From Spirochaetota bacterium (GTDB lineage Bacteria; Spirochaetota; GWE2-31-10; MWDO01), in NCBI GenBank assembly GCA_031549085.1, contig JAVBQL010000019.1:696-64695 (forward strand): a stretch of DNA of 64,000 bases, written 5' to 3'. Under the pieces are notes generated by a model. The model saw nothing but the letters and a program-made list of their open reading frames with translations, ran no database searches and was not told where the DNA came from. This document shows positions 9,546 to 19,895 of the stretch, in pieces. The first letter of the stretch is position 1, and every line of letters starts with the position of its first letter. The position numbers and the translations under genes are program-made.

Positions 9546-11351
9546 ATGAAAACAAAAAACTTTGTAATTTTAATTTTTACTACATTATTTGTCTTAATGT
9601 CTGGACTCTTCCTCTTCTTTCAAATTTCTGAGATAGATAGAAATAAAGAGAGCGATGTTAAAGATATCCTAAAATCAGTAGAAAAAGAGATACAGAATGG
9701 ATATATAAAAAATGAGACTATTGGCAGTTTTAAAAAAGATCTCTTTTATGTAATATGGATAAAAAATGTTAACAATGGTGAGTGGTATCCACTATTATAT
9801 GATAAATTAAGCTTCAAAGGTTTAAAGCTTGAAGATAACAGCGATCCAAATAGTATAGATAAAAAGATAGAATCCAAAGCAAAAATCCTAAAGCACTCAG
9901 TTAATGGGGTTGATTTCATTGTCTGGACAAAGCTCTATAGTCCAACAAACATATTAAAAAACATAGTGCTTCCTATATTAATTCTAATACTTATCTATCT
10001 AGTAATTCTTCTTATAATAAATATATTTTTTGGTATTGAAGATGATGAAAATGATTATATTGAACAGAGTGAAGAGAAAAAACTTATCAAAGAAGAACCA
10101 AAAAAAGAGATAAAAAGAGAGACCCCTTTGGTAATGCCAGAGATATCACTCTCAGAAGAGGATATAAAGAGTGATGAGGATTATGAAAACAAAAAAGAAC
10201 ACAATAAAAAAATCAAAGATAGAGAAAAGGTTGAAAACAAAAAAGAGGAAAAACAATCAAACAATAGAGTTTCTGACAATATAGAGAAAGATGATGATGA
10301 TGAAGAAGATAGTGATGATGAAGATGATACTGCAAAAATAGAATCAATAGAGAGAAAAGATATAGATGATATAGATTTTAATGAGAGACTCTCATATGAA
10401 CTTACAAATGATGAGTTTAAAAAACTTCTCTCCCCTATAGAGAGAGAACCTGAACATATAAATAGAAATAATGAAAAGATATTAAATGATTATAGAGAGC
10501 TCTGGCAAAAACATTTTAAGACATCGGAAAATTTCAAATCAAATTTTCCATTTCTAAAACTATACAATGTAATAAAGTTTGGTATCACCCCTGAAAATTA
10601 TATAGAAGAGGGGCTAAAAATCGCATCCTCCTATTTTGGCTGGGACGATCCTCAAATATATATAAAGCAAAAAAACTTTTTTGTTTCAACAAAGACAAAA
10701 GAGATAATTGACCATGAGTATATTGACCTTCCAATAAAGGGTGATAAGAAGGGTGATATATTTATACCTCTATACCCTTATAATGATACCATTTTTGGCT
10801 ACCTCTACTTCAACTGGCAAAAAGATAAAAATTTTAATATTGCAGATATTATATTTTTCTTAAAATTCTTCTTCTCCGATGATGCAAAGTTCATATTCCT
10901 AAACTATGATAATGTTGAAAAAACTATACAAAATATAGATACTCTCCTTGATGATAAGAATCAGGTCTTTGTTGCTCTTCTATCAATAGATGATAAAGAT
11001 AGATTGAAAGAGAGACTCTCAAACGATCTTAAAGACTCTCTTGAAAAGATGGTAAATGAGAAATTAAATCTTGAGCTCTTCTATTTTGAAATATTTGACA
11101 TAAGCAACTTTACATTTGGGATATATAGTACCTACAGTAATAGAGAAGATATTACAGAAAAACTTGAGCAATTTTTAAAGCTTGATAATAGCTATGAGCT
11201 CCCTAATTATGGCAATGTTAATTTCAAATTCTCATGCGGAGTAGCTTTTAGTGAGACAGAAAGTGAGACAGATGCAAACTCTCTTATTGAAAAAAGTAAT
11301 GAAAAACTAAAGAGAGCCATTATAGAAGGCGGAAATAAAATTGTTTTCTAA
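9546..11351 (+). CDS. Membrane protein with an acidic low-complexity linker and a degenerate GGDEF-like C-terminal domain
   Basis: The C-terminus FKFSCGVAFSETESETDANSLIEKSNEKLKRAIIEGGNKIVF resembles the end of GGDEF domains (SiGva...Ll..AD.ALY.AK..GrN), but no GGDEF/GGEEF signature is present. D/E/K-rich region around aa 170-270. Confidence 0.45.
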   Translation: MKTKNFVILIFTTLFVLMSGLFLFFQISEIDRNKESDVKDILKSVEKEIQNGYIKNETIGSFKKDLFYVIWIKNVNNGEWYPLLYDKLSFKGLKLEDNSDPNSIDKKIESKAKILKHSVNGVDFIVWTKLYSPTNILKNIVLPILILILIYLVILLIINIFFGIEDDENDYIEQSEEKKLIKEEPKKEIKRETPLVMPEISLSEEDIKSDEDYENKKEHNKKIKDREKVENKKEEKQSNNRVSDNIEKDDDDEEDSDDEDDTAKIESIERKDIDDIDFNERLSYELTNDEFKKLLSPIEREPEHINRNNEKILNDYRELWQKHFKTSENFKSNFPFLKLYNVIKFGITPENYIEEGLKIASSYFGWDDPQIYIKQKNFFVSTKTKEIIDHEYIDLPIKGDKKGDIFIPLYPYNDTIFGYLYFNWQKDKNFNIADIIFFLKFFFSDDAKFIFLNYDNVEKTIQNIDTLLDDKNQVFVALLSIDDKDRLKERLSNDLKDSLEKMVNEKLNLELFYFEIFDISNFTFGIYSTYSNREDITEKLEQFLKLDNSYELPNYGNVNFKFSCGVAFSETESETDANSLIEKSNEKLKRAIIEGGNKIVF

Positions 11352-12192
11352 AATAAAGATTCTATTTTTTTTTCTTCTAATATTTTCAATAGACTTAAAT
11401 GCTATCCCCAATCTGATTCAAGCATATGTAGAGGCTCCAATCGGAATGACTCTATATGGAATGGAAGTAAAAAACTATACCCTTGATGATGCAATATCCA
11501 TTGCAAAACTTGAGGCGGCAGGGACTCTATCAGCTATGATATATGGCTACAATTTCTTCTACACTGTACAAAACAAAAACTTCGATATAAAAGAGTCCCT
11601 TGAACTGACTCCTATAGCAAAAATAGATCCAAATAGCACAAGAATAAAACTCACTGAAAATAAAAGATTAAATACAACTATGAAATTTCAAGTAACCTAT
11701 ACACTTGATTCAAAAGAGCAAAACTATATAAAAAATTTTCTCTCAAATGCCAAATTCGCCGTTGGTAAAACAGATCTAAAAAGAGAGAATCCATACAACC
11801 TTTTAATAAGAAACTATGAAAAGACGATTCAGGAAGATAGACGAGAGGAGTATATAAACCGTGTCTATGACTACCTTCGAAGTAAAGTTAGAATAGATGA
11901 CAAAAATTTTAGAAATAATACTTTGGAAGATAACAGCAAAAGCAACAATGATAGTGAAACTGAAGAGATGATCTTAACAAGCTTTGACTACAGAAGGGTT
12001 GCCTATGAGAACAGCATAAAAAATGCTATTGTTGTTGGAGCAAAGCAGAAAACAAACTATCGCCCATTTATTCTTACAGGCAAGATCTCACTAAAAGAGA
12101 GTCCTGATCTCTATATGAACAATGGAAAGTGGGAATCCACAGTAAAAGTGAATATCATAATAGATAAGATAACATATATAACAACGCCATAA
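11341..12192 (+). CDS. Secreted protein of unknown function
   Basis: TTG start overlapping the upstream stop. Signal peptide MFSKIKILFFFLLIFSIDLNA. Confidence 0.4.
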   Translation: MFSKIKILFFFLLIFSIDLNAIPNLIQAYVEAPIGMTLYGMEVKNYTLDDAISIAKLEAAGTLSAMIYGYNFFYTVQNKNFDIKESLELTPIAKIDPNSTRIKLTENKRLNTTMKFQVTYTLDSKEQNYIKNFLSNAKFAVGKTDLKRENPYNLLIRNYEKTIQEDRREEYINRVYDYLRSKVRIDDKNFRNNTLEDNSKSNNDSETEEMILTSFDYRRVAYENSIKNAIVVGAKQKTNYRPFILTGKISLKESPDLYMNNGKWESTVKVNIIIDKITYITTP

Positions 12193-12233
12193 CTATAATA
12201 GTTGTGGCGTCTCTATTTTTTTTTAAAAAACAA

Positions 12234-13025
12234 TTATCTTTTTGTCCAGTCGGCATCTGAACCATAGAATATTACTGTCCCATAAGGGTCAGTTCTATCC
12301 ATATACATTTTTGAGCCACTAATAGTATAGCTAAAACCATAGTTGCCAGTAGATAATCCAACTGAATCTTTTTTTACTAACCTAAGTTCAGAACCATCAT
12401 AGTAAGTTGGTATAAGTGAAAGTTCATCATATATATAGTTTAAGTTACTTACAACTATCTCATTTTGAGTTATAGTCATAACATAGGTTGGGTTAACAAA
12501 GTTTGGATCATAGCTATTATCTTTGTGATAGCTATCAAAGTCCCATACACCTATAAGTTCATCTGGCAAAGTTATATTTCCTATTTCATCAAGAGTCTTG
12601 CTAATTCTCTTATAACTATCAAAAAGAAATAGTACACCATGGTTATTAATAGATAGAGTATCACCATCTAATTTATAACTGAAATTATATCTTGGAGCTT
12701 TTACTTCATCTCTATTTGGATATAACTCAACACTATCCCCGTGCATACTTAATAATTGCATTGATACAGAGGAATTATTTAACATAACAGGAGTAAAAAC
12801 CATCTGCCTAGTTACACTAATTTCTTTCTCTGTTATGATTAAAAAGTAATCTCTTGAATATATTGGGTAGAGAGACTCTTTTAATCCCTCTACATACTCA
12901 TATGTATTAACCCATACACCCCAAAGCTCCTCTGGAAAAGTATTATTGATCTCCTCATCATTTGGAGAGGTAGTACATGAGACAAAAAATATAAACAAAA
13001 GAAAAATAGATAGGATCTTTTTCAT
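12234..13025 (-). CDS. Lipoprotein of unknown function with an internal duplication
   Basis: Lipobox FFVSC. Repeated PEELWGVWV / PDELIGVWDF segments suggest two homologous halves. Confidence 0.5.
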   Translation of the reverse strand: MKKILSIFLLFIFFVSCTTSPNDEEINNTFPEELWGVWVNTYEYVEGLKESLYPIYSRDYFLIITEKEISVTRQMVFTPVMLNNSSVSMQLLSMHGDSVELYPNRDEVKAPRYNFSYKLDGDTLSINNHGVLFLFDSYKRISKTLDEIGNITLPDELIGVWDFDSYHKDNSYDPNFVNPTYVMTITQNEIVVSNLNYIYDELSLIPTYYDGSELRLVKKDSVGLSTGNYGFSYTISGSKMYMDRTDPYGTVIFYGSDADWTKR

Positions 13026-13187
13026 AAAATAACATCCTTGACATGATTTTATGAAATTATATTTTTTATGTTTATTATAGTCAAGATATTTTACAATTAC
13101 AACTACTTAAATTGATATATGCAAGAGTTTATAAAGCTCCACTCACTGTTAGGCCATCATAAGTATAATTTTTTTTTATAGATAAAA

Positions 13188-13880
13188 CTAATTGCTTGTA
13201 TATTTTGCAGCATAGGTTATTGTACACATTGAGTCATACTTTGGATGTGTTCCATAAGAGACTCCTGTTTTAGTAAAATCTCTATTCATAATATTAACTC
13301 TATGACCTCTTGATGGGACACCATCATCAATCAATAATTGTACCACAATATTTCTACCACTCTTTTCACCATAACTAATATTTTCTGCAACTTTGGATTG
13401 CCACTTGCCATATCTATTTACTCTAACAGATGGTGAGCTTCCATCACTTCCAGTGTGTCCAGTTGCTCCTCTCTTCCCTTGATCAACAGTATGATCTTTT
13501 GCTCCAAGTGATAGGCCCAATTCTGGTACTAATATAGGAGCACTATTTATTGATGATAAATCTTTAATACACTCTTCCAGAGCCGCTTTGCCTTCATTGG
13601 TTTGTAGTGTAATCTCCCCTGGAACTTTGTACAAATCTCCATCAAAAAATTTCAGCCTTGGGCTAATGTACAATTCAGCATATTTTTTTGGGTCCGTTCT
13701 AACCTTATTCATTTCCAGTATAACATCTTTCTCAATTGGGGAGAGATATTTTACATCTCTTGCAGTGTCTAGAATTGCAATATTCCAATTTTTCGCATCA
13801 GAGTCCTCTCCTACTGGCACTTCAGAGAAGAACAAAAGAGAACAAAAACAAAAAATAATTGATATAAATATTTTTTTCAT
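13188..13880 (-). CDS. CAP/SCP (YkwD-like) domain secreted protein
   Basis: Signal peptide. GHTGSDG and GHRVNIMN motifs typical of the CAP superfamily. Confidence 0.7.
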   Translation of the reverse strand: MKKIFISIIFCFCSLLFFSEVPVGEDSDAKNWNIAILDTARDVKYLSPIEKDVILEMNKVRTDPKKYAELYISPRLKFFDGDLYKVPGEITLQTNEGKAALEECIKDLSSINSAPILVPELGLSLGAKDHTVDQGKRGATGHTGSDGSSPSVRVNRYGKWQSKVAENISYGEKSGRNIVVQLLIDDGVPSRGHRVNIMNRDFTKTGVSYGTHPKYDSMCTITYAAKYTSN

Positions 13881-13940
13881 AATTACTACTCCATAAAACA
13901 GATTATTTTAATAGAGCTATTTTTAAAATATTAACCAGCG

Positions 13941-16112
13941 TTACCTCACATTACCATCTTTAATCTTCTCTGTCTTTATATAGAACTCCCCTGCAATAAG
14001 CGGCTGAGATGAGGCATATACACTATTATCTTTAACAATTATAGGACAAGTTTTGAATTCATCAATAGAAATCTCCTCTTTCCTATTAAAGACACCCTTT
14101 ATTGAGAGAGTCGTACCCAATGGAACATCTGCTGTCAAAAGCTCAATCTCGCTTCCATCCTCTGTTTCAGCAGCAAGCACCATCCCTTGACTAAGCTCTC
14201 CGCGTAATGTTGCACTTTTTAGGTTATATACAACAATAATTTTTTTATTCAAAAGCTCCTCTTCTTTGTAATATGGAACAAGCCCAGAGACAATCTGTCT
14301 TATCTCACCATTTCCCATATCAACCTTCTCTATATAGAGCTTATCTGCCTTTGGATGTCTATTTATCTCTATAATTTTACCAACTTTTAATACAATCTTT
14401 GAAAATGGATCTACCATCTTTATATCCTCATTGTTTCCTGCATATTTAATTTTTAGCTCATGCATCTGTTTATCTTCAAGCTTCTTAAACAATATATATG
14501 GCTTTTCTATCTTTCTATTAATTAACTCATTATAAGAGCCAATATTATCAAAATTGATAGCTATCTCTGGATCAAGGTTCAATATCTTCATAACATTAGA
14601 GGCTGTCTTTGGTATATATGGAGACAAAAATATTGTTAGATCTTTCACAACAGCAGTAAGACTTCCAATTATTTTACCAGCTCTCACTTTATCACTTTTG
14701 ATAACTTCCCAAGGGGCTTTATCTTGAAAATATTTATTAGCCTTTGTAGAAATTTGCAATATATAGAGCAATGTATTTTTTAACTCCATATTTTCAAATA
14801 GCTCCACAACCTTTTTCTTCTCATCTTTGATATCAATCACTTCGAATACTGTATCAGTTTTAGATTTTGGATCAAACTCAGGTATAATAAAGTCAAAAAA
14901 CTTCTCTACAAACTGCAGAACTCTATTCACAAGGTTTGCATAGTTTGCAATTATCTCACCATTAACCTTATCCATAAAATCATCCCAATAAAAATTGGTA
15001 TCATTCTTCTCTGGTCGATTTCTCATTAGGTAATAACGGAATAGGTCGCTATCAATCCCTGTCTCTTTAGCATGGTTGCCAAATACCCCAGTCCCACGGC
15101 TCTTTGAAAATTTCTGTCCCTCATAGTTTATATATTCAGTGGAGCTTATATATTTTAACATTGTATAGTTATCCCTAGCCCCAATTAGACTTGAAGGGAA
15201 TATAAGTGTATGAAAAGGTATATTATCTTTACCCATAAATTGATATAGGTCTACATTCTCAGGGTTGTGCCACCACTCCTTCCACTCAAACGGCAGATAG
15301 CAAGAGGTAATCGAGATATAACCTATCGGAGCATCAAACCAAACATAGAAGACCTTATCCTCATAGCCCTTCAATGGGACAGGCACACCCCACTTCAAAT
15401 CTCGCGTAATACACCTCTCTGGCACTTTACTCTCAAGTGAGGCCTTTGTTATTGTTATTGCATTATTTGCCCACCCATCCTCTTTTGAAGTCTTCAAAAA
15501 CCACTCTTTTAACTCTGGCTTTAGCTTCTCCAAATCCAAAAAGAGGTGCTTTGTCTCTTTAAACACTGGTGTATTTCCGCAGGTTGAACATTTTGGGTCT
15601 TTCAAATCTATCGGGTCAAGGAGCTTTCCGCAGTTGTCACATTGATCACCCTTTGCATCGACATAGCCGCAGTGAGGACATGTTCCATATACATATCTAT
15701 CAGCAAGAGCCCTATCACAGCTTTCACAAAATGGTTGGATTAGTACACCCTCTTTGATATATCCATTATTATATAGTTTGAAAAATATATCCTGAACAAT
15801 CTCCGTTTGACACGGCTCGCTTGTACGTCCAAAGTAGGAGAAATCTATCGAAAACCAGTCATAGATCTCTTTATGTATAGTGTGATACTTATCACAGATC
15901 TCTTTTGGTGTTAGATGCTCTTCAGCAGCCCTTGTCTCTGTGGTTGTTCCATACTCATCAGTACCGCAGATGTAGATTGTCTCAAAGTTATTTAGTTTGC
16001 AATATCTATAGAAAACATCAGCAGATAGTACCGCCCCAGCGATATTTCCAAGGTGCGGAATGTTGTTTACATATGGAAGTGCAGATGTTATTAATCTTTT
16101 GTTCTTTTTCAT
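13941..16112 (-). CDS. metG: Methionyl-tRNA synthetase with a C-terminal tRNA-binding domain
   Basis: HLGN (HIGH-type) motif, KFSKS (KMSKS), four CxxC zinc knuckles, EMAP/Trbp111-like C-terminus. Confidence 0.9.
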   Translation of the reverse strand: MKKNKRLITSALPYVNNIPHLGNIAGAVLSADVFYRYCKLNNFETIYICGTDEYGTTTETRAAEEHLTPKEICDKYHTIHKEIYDWFSIDFSYFGRTSEPCQTEIVQDIFFKLYNNGYIKEGVLIQPFCESCDRALADRYVYGTCPHCGYVDAKGDQCDNCGKLLDPIDLKDPKCSTCGNTPVFKETKHLFLDLEKLKPELKEWFLKTSKEDGWANNAITITKASLESKVPERCITRDLKWGVPVPLKGYEDKVFYVWFDAPIGYISITSCYLPFEWKEWWHNPENVDLYQFMGKDNIPFHTLIFPSSLIGARDNYTMLKYISSTEYINYEGQKFSKSRGTGVFGNHAKETGIDSDLFRYYLMRNRPEKNDTNFYWDDFMDKVNGEIIANYANLVNRVLQFVEKFFDFIIPEFDPKSKTDTVFEVIDIKDEKKKVVELFENMELKNTLLYILQISTKANKYFQDKAPWEVIKSDKVRAGKIIGSLTAVVKDLTIFLSPYIPKTASNVMKILNLDPEIAINFDNIGSYNELINRKIEKPYILFKKLEDKQMHELKIKYAGNNEDIKMVDPFSKIVLKVGKIIEINRHPKADKLYIEKVDMGNGEIRQIVSGLVPYYKEEELLNKKIIVVYNLKSATLRGELSQGMVLAAETEDGSEIELLTADVPLGTTLSIKGVFNRKEEISIDEFKTCPIIVKDNSVYASSQPLIAGEFYIKTEKIKDGNVR

Positions 16113-16465
16113 TTATTTTCCCCAATAAAATCTATTAGTTAAGATCATTATCATTCAGTTGATACTATAATTTAACACAAAAATAGTATATTTTCAATAT
16201 TTTTGAATATCCATAGTTTTATTGTGAGTTTTATTTGGTAAATAGTTTTTAATGCTTATTCATTCTATTCTAAGTGATATATATTCACTAATCAAGCTTA
16301 TCTAGATTTCAACTTTGTTACACTACCTATTTACTTAGCAATAATAATAAAAAATAATATCTCTGTTGATAATTTAGAAGAGTATTGTAATAAGTTGGGT
16401 ATTGGTGTTGAGATTATTATTAATAGTGAAAGGGTATGATTAGAATTAGTTATGTTGATATTTTA

Positions 16466-17401
16466 TTAGAAATGATGGTTTGTGTTTTTTAGATCGGCTA
16501 ATGTTAAACACTCTATTTTTGGTATATATTTTTTACCAATTGCTTGTTTGTATAAGTTAGCTTGGAAATTTTCGGTAATTACTATATCAACATAGGGAAC
16601 CACACTAGAAATAATCAAATCTGATACATCATTATTTCCCAATTCTTTCTTCGAATTATGAACTTTTTGATGAAAGCAAAATTCACTTAGTGCTATTGAT
16701 GGAAATTGTTTTATTTCAAATTGATCAATTGATTCTAAAAGTTCTTTGGGAATATTTTTAGAATTCTCTACATAATAATTTATAATATTCTCTTTTATTT
16801 TATCTTTTAAATAATATTCAAACATACCATCTGATACTTCTTTTTTCATTTTTTCATGTAATTTATCTTTATTATTGAAAATATCATCTGGTATTTTTAT
16901 ACCTAATAAACTTTCAAGACTATCATGATCATGCGTACTAATGATTGTCATAATTGAATTATTAAGTTCATCTCTTTTGTTTTCTCCATGTTTAACAATA
17001 CTAGGATACTTATTTTTTTCATTTGCAACAAGTTTTTTTATTTTTTCAATCTCAAAAATTTTTTCAAATTTTTCTTTACCTTGAATACTAAAAAGAATAG
17101 GATCAACATCTTTATTTGTAATAAATCTCTCAATTTCTTGTTCTAATATTCCTTTTTGGAATTTTGTAAGAAGAGATGGGAAATTATCTATAAAAATATT
17201 TTTGAATAATTCATATACCTTAGATGCTTTTTCTAATTCAAAAATAGTTTCTGGTGTAATACAAAAAGCAATATAATTATTATCATCTAAAAAGCATTTT
17301 TCTAAAAAACATTTTCTTGTATCTATATTATTACATATTTCACTAATAATATTGGTATCAAGCAACATTAGCTTATAGTCATTATTATTGACTTTTATCA
17401 T
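16466..17401 (-). CDS. PIN-like domain protein (DUF4935-like architecture), orphan
   Basis: The track ORF starts at 17452, but ATG 17401 is preceded by GGAG 7 nt upstream (attaGGAGctacgctATG). N-terminal LLDTNIIS (PIN acidic motif) and C-terminal DVSDLIISSVVPYVDIVITEN (PIN C-terminal D...T.D/N pattern) are separated by a long insert. Very AT-rich. Confidence 0.45.
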   Translation of the reverse strand: MIKVNNNDYKLMLLDTNIISEICNNIDTRKCFLEKCFLDDNNYIAFCITPETIFELEKASKVYELFKNIFIDNFPSLLTKFQKGILEQEIERFITNKDVDPILFSIQGKEKFEKIFEIEKIKKLVANEKNKYPSIVKHGENKRDELNNSIMTIISTHDHDSLESLLGIKIPDDIFNNKDKLHEKMKKEVSDGMFEYYLKDKIKENIINYYVENSKNIPKELLESIDQFEIKQFPSIALSEFCFHQKVHNSKKELGNNDVSDLIISSVVPYVDIVITENFQANLYKQAIGKKYIPKIECLTLADLKNTNHHF

Positions 17402-17571
17402 AGCGTAGCTCCTAATATTACGAACTATATAACTTAATACCAAATTATACACTATTTTTAAAGTTTTTGTTAAAAAATAGTAAAATACTCTATTTTCAAA
17501 ACTTGCAGATTTCTATATTAATAATTTTTTATTACTTCCGAAAATATAAGGGTAAAGCTTAAGGAGAATAT

Positions 17572-18426
17572 ATGCTAAGAGGTATACACACTAGTGCATC
17601 AGGCATGGCAGCAATGCAATCGAGACTTGATATCGTATCAAACAACATAGCAAATGTTGATCTTGTTGGATACAAAAGAGATGTCGCTATATTTAAAGAA
17701 TTTCCAAATATACAAATTAGACGCGGGCGAGATGATGGTTTGGTAAGCTTTCCGCTTGGAAGCTATGACAATATGCCATTTGTCGGCAAACTTGGTACAG
17801 GTGTTGAACTAAATGAATCATACACAATCTTTGAACAGGGCTCATTAAGAGAGACACAAAATGATTTTGACCTAGCATTGAACGGCAAAGGCTTCATCAC
17901 AGTTCAAACAGAGAAGGGTGAGAGATATACCAGAAACGCAGCTTTCTCTATCGACAAAGAGGGCTATCTTGTAACAAAAGATGGTTTTAAGGTAATAACT
18001 GACGAAGGAAACTCGATACAGATAAAAACCAACAACTTTACAATTGATAAAGAGGGATATGTCTATCAGAACAGAGAGTATGCAGAACCAAAGGATAGAC
18101 TTGTACAGAGAGAAGAGAACGAATGGAGTGACACTGAGGTTATTGGAAGATTAAAGATTGTTAGATTCCCTCGTGAGAGAGAATTGAGAAGAGAGGGAAA
18201 CTCATTCTATTATGAAGATGAGTTTACTGGCGCTCCATACTTGGCTGAAGGGGCTGAGAGACCAGAGGTTATGCAAGGATTCCTTGAGATGGCCAATGTA
18301 AACCCTGTTGTTGAAATGACTCAAATGATTGAGGTACAACGTGCTTATGAAGCAAATCAAAAATCAATACAATCTCATGAGCAGATGGCTGGAAGAGTGA
18401 TAAATGATGCTGGTGTTATAAGATAA
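17572..18426 (+). CDS. flgG: Flagellar basal-body distal rod protein
   Basis: N-terminal SGMAAMQSRLDIVSNNIANV and C-terminal LEMANVNPVVEMTQMIEVQRAYEANQK rod/hook-family signatures. Confidence 0.85.
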   Translation: MLRGIHTSASGMAAMQSRLDIVSNNIANVDLVGYKRDVAIFKEFPNIQIRRGRDDGLVSFPLGSYDNMPFVGKLGTGVELNESYTIFEQGSLRETQNDFDLALNGKGFITVQTEKGERYTRNAAFSIDKEGYLVTKDGFKVITDEGNSIQIKTNNFTIDKEGYVYQNREYAEPKDRLVQREENEWSDTEVIGRLKIVRFPRERELRREGNSFYYEDEFTGAPYLAEGAERPEVMQGFLEMANVNPVVEMTQMIEVQRAYEANQKSIQSHEQMAGRVINDAGVIR

Positions 18427-18446
18427 AAAAACTTTATAATATATAA

Positions 18447-18479
18447 AAGAGAAGAGTGTTTAGCTCTTCTCTTTTTTTA
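18447..18479 (+). terminator. Intrinsic terminator of flgG
   Basis: AAGAGAAGAG-TGTTTAG-CTCTTCTCTT followed by a T-run. Overlaps the 3' end of the convergent gene. Confidence 0.6.
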
Positions 18480-18866
18480 TCTTCTTTTTAGATTGATAAC
18501 CTGCCTAAAAGAGACATTTCCATCTTCCACACTCCAATCATTATAGTAGCTTGTTCTTCTCTGAGTAACATAGTAATCTTTAGAAAAATAGATATCAAGC
18601 TTGTATAGATCTTCTGTGGTTTTTGAGTGTTTACCCGAAACCTCAAAGTAGCCATACTTATCTGTATAGCTTGTACCACTATAAACAACCTTATCTGTTA
18701 CATCATATATTGCATATTCAACGAGAACACTATAAATATAGTAGCCATATGTAGCATCAATAAGGTTACCATTAAAAAAGTAGGTATTTTTATATGACTG
18801 GCTGCTTGTTGTGCACGAAAAAATTAAAAAAAATATAGGCAAAACTATAACTATTTTTCTCATCAT
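18477..18866 (-). CDS. Small lipoprotein of unknown function
   Basis: Signal peptide plus lipobox FLIFSC. Confidence 0.5.
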   Translation of the reverse strand: MMRKIVIVLPIFFLIFSCTTSSQSYKNTYFFNGNLIDATYGYYIYSVLVEYAIYDVTDKVVYSGTSYTDKYGYFEVSGKHSKTTEDLYKLDIYFSKDYYVTQRRTSYYNDWSVEDGNVSFRQVINLKRR

Positions 18867-19113
18867 ATTCTCTCTATTTAAAAGATAACATAATATAAAA
18901 AATATTGAAAGGGCTATTAGCTAGATAATATATTTTATTTTTATACTATTAATGGCTCTAAATGATAAAATATGGCCTCTATATATGGAAGAAAGCAAGT
19001 AAGCTATACCTCTATATATTAAATTAAAAAAACAAAATATAATTGGACAATATCAACTATTTTCTGTATATTACAGATTAAAATTATAATTCCTGCAATT
19101 TTAAGGAGATATC

Positions 19114-19839
19114 TTGTTAAAAAAGATCTTAAAAATAGTTTTAGTAATATTTATAATTGCAATTTTAGTTGTTATTGTAAAGTTTAAATTATATGAAAAA
19201 TTTAACTATGAAAATATATCAAGCATCAAACAGTTTTTTATAGACCTAAAATTTTTAGGCCCTGTTATAATAGTAGCCCTCTACATAGGCTTTAGTTTAG
19301 CCTGCCTTCCAACTATACAGTTTGCATTTGTTTCAGGCTATCTCTATGGAGCTGTTCAAGGTTCAATACTGGCTATGGTTGGAATGATTATAGGTATGAG
19401 TTCCGCTTTTTATGGAATTAGATACCTCTTTCGTGATGGGTTTCAGAAAAAATTTGGAGAGAACAAAATTGTAAAAGAGATAGATGGATATGCAAAAAAA
19501 TATGGAGGAAGAGCTGTTCTTGTTTTGCGTACCTTCTCTGTTTTCCCCTATAACCTTCAAAATGTGGCCTATGGACTCTCATCTTTAAGTGGTTTTTCAC
19601 ATCTTTGGGCCTCTGCAATTGGTGTCATACCTATAACACTGTTTTATGTATGGTTTGGAAGCCTATTTAGCAGCAATACAATAACTATAAAAGAGATGGA
19701 GAGTATGTTTTCAAAGCTTGGCATAGTTATTGCGATATTAACAGCAGCAATGGTTACAACTATTATTATAAGAACAAAACTAAGTAAGAAGAAAAGAGAG
19801 GAAGAAGCAATAGAGGTTAAAGAGGAGGAGAAACAATAA
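19114..19839 (+). CDS. TVP38/TMEM64 (DedA-related VTT domain) membrane protein
   Basis: TTG start after AAGGAG. Multi-TM protein with the VTT-domain-like pattern (F..R...FP.N..N...G). Confidence 0.65.
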   Translation: MLKKILKIVLVIFIIAILVVIVKFKLYEKFNYENISSIKQFFIDLKFLGPVIIVALYIGFSLACLPTIQFAFVSGYLYGAVQGSILAMVGMIIGMSSAFYGIRYLFRDGFQKKFGENKIVKEIDGYAKKYGGRAVLVLRTFSVFPYNLQNVAYGLSSLSGFSHLWASAIGVIPITLFYVWFGSLFSSNTITIKEMESMFSKLGIVIAILTAAMVTTIIIRTKLSKKKREEEAIEVKEEEKQ

Positions 19840-19895
19840 TCTACCTTAATAAAATTAATATAGCTTTTTATATATAATTATTAGGAGTACTAATC

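Noticed and set aside
16278-16439. Start-less ORF remnant YIFTNQAYLDFNFVTLPIYLAIIIKNNISVDNLEEYCNKLGIGVEIIINSERV next to the PIN-like gene, a possible antitoxin or HTH fragment
   Set aside because: It has no ATG/GTG/TTG start with an RBS, is only 53 codons, and has no recognisable motif. It could be a pseudogene fragment, but that cannot be supported from the sequence alone.
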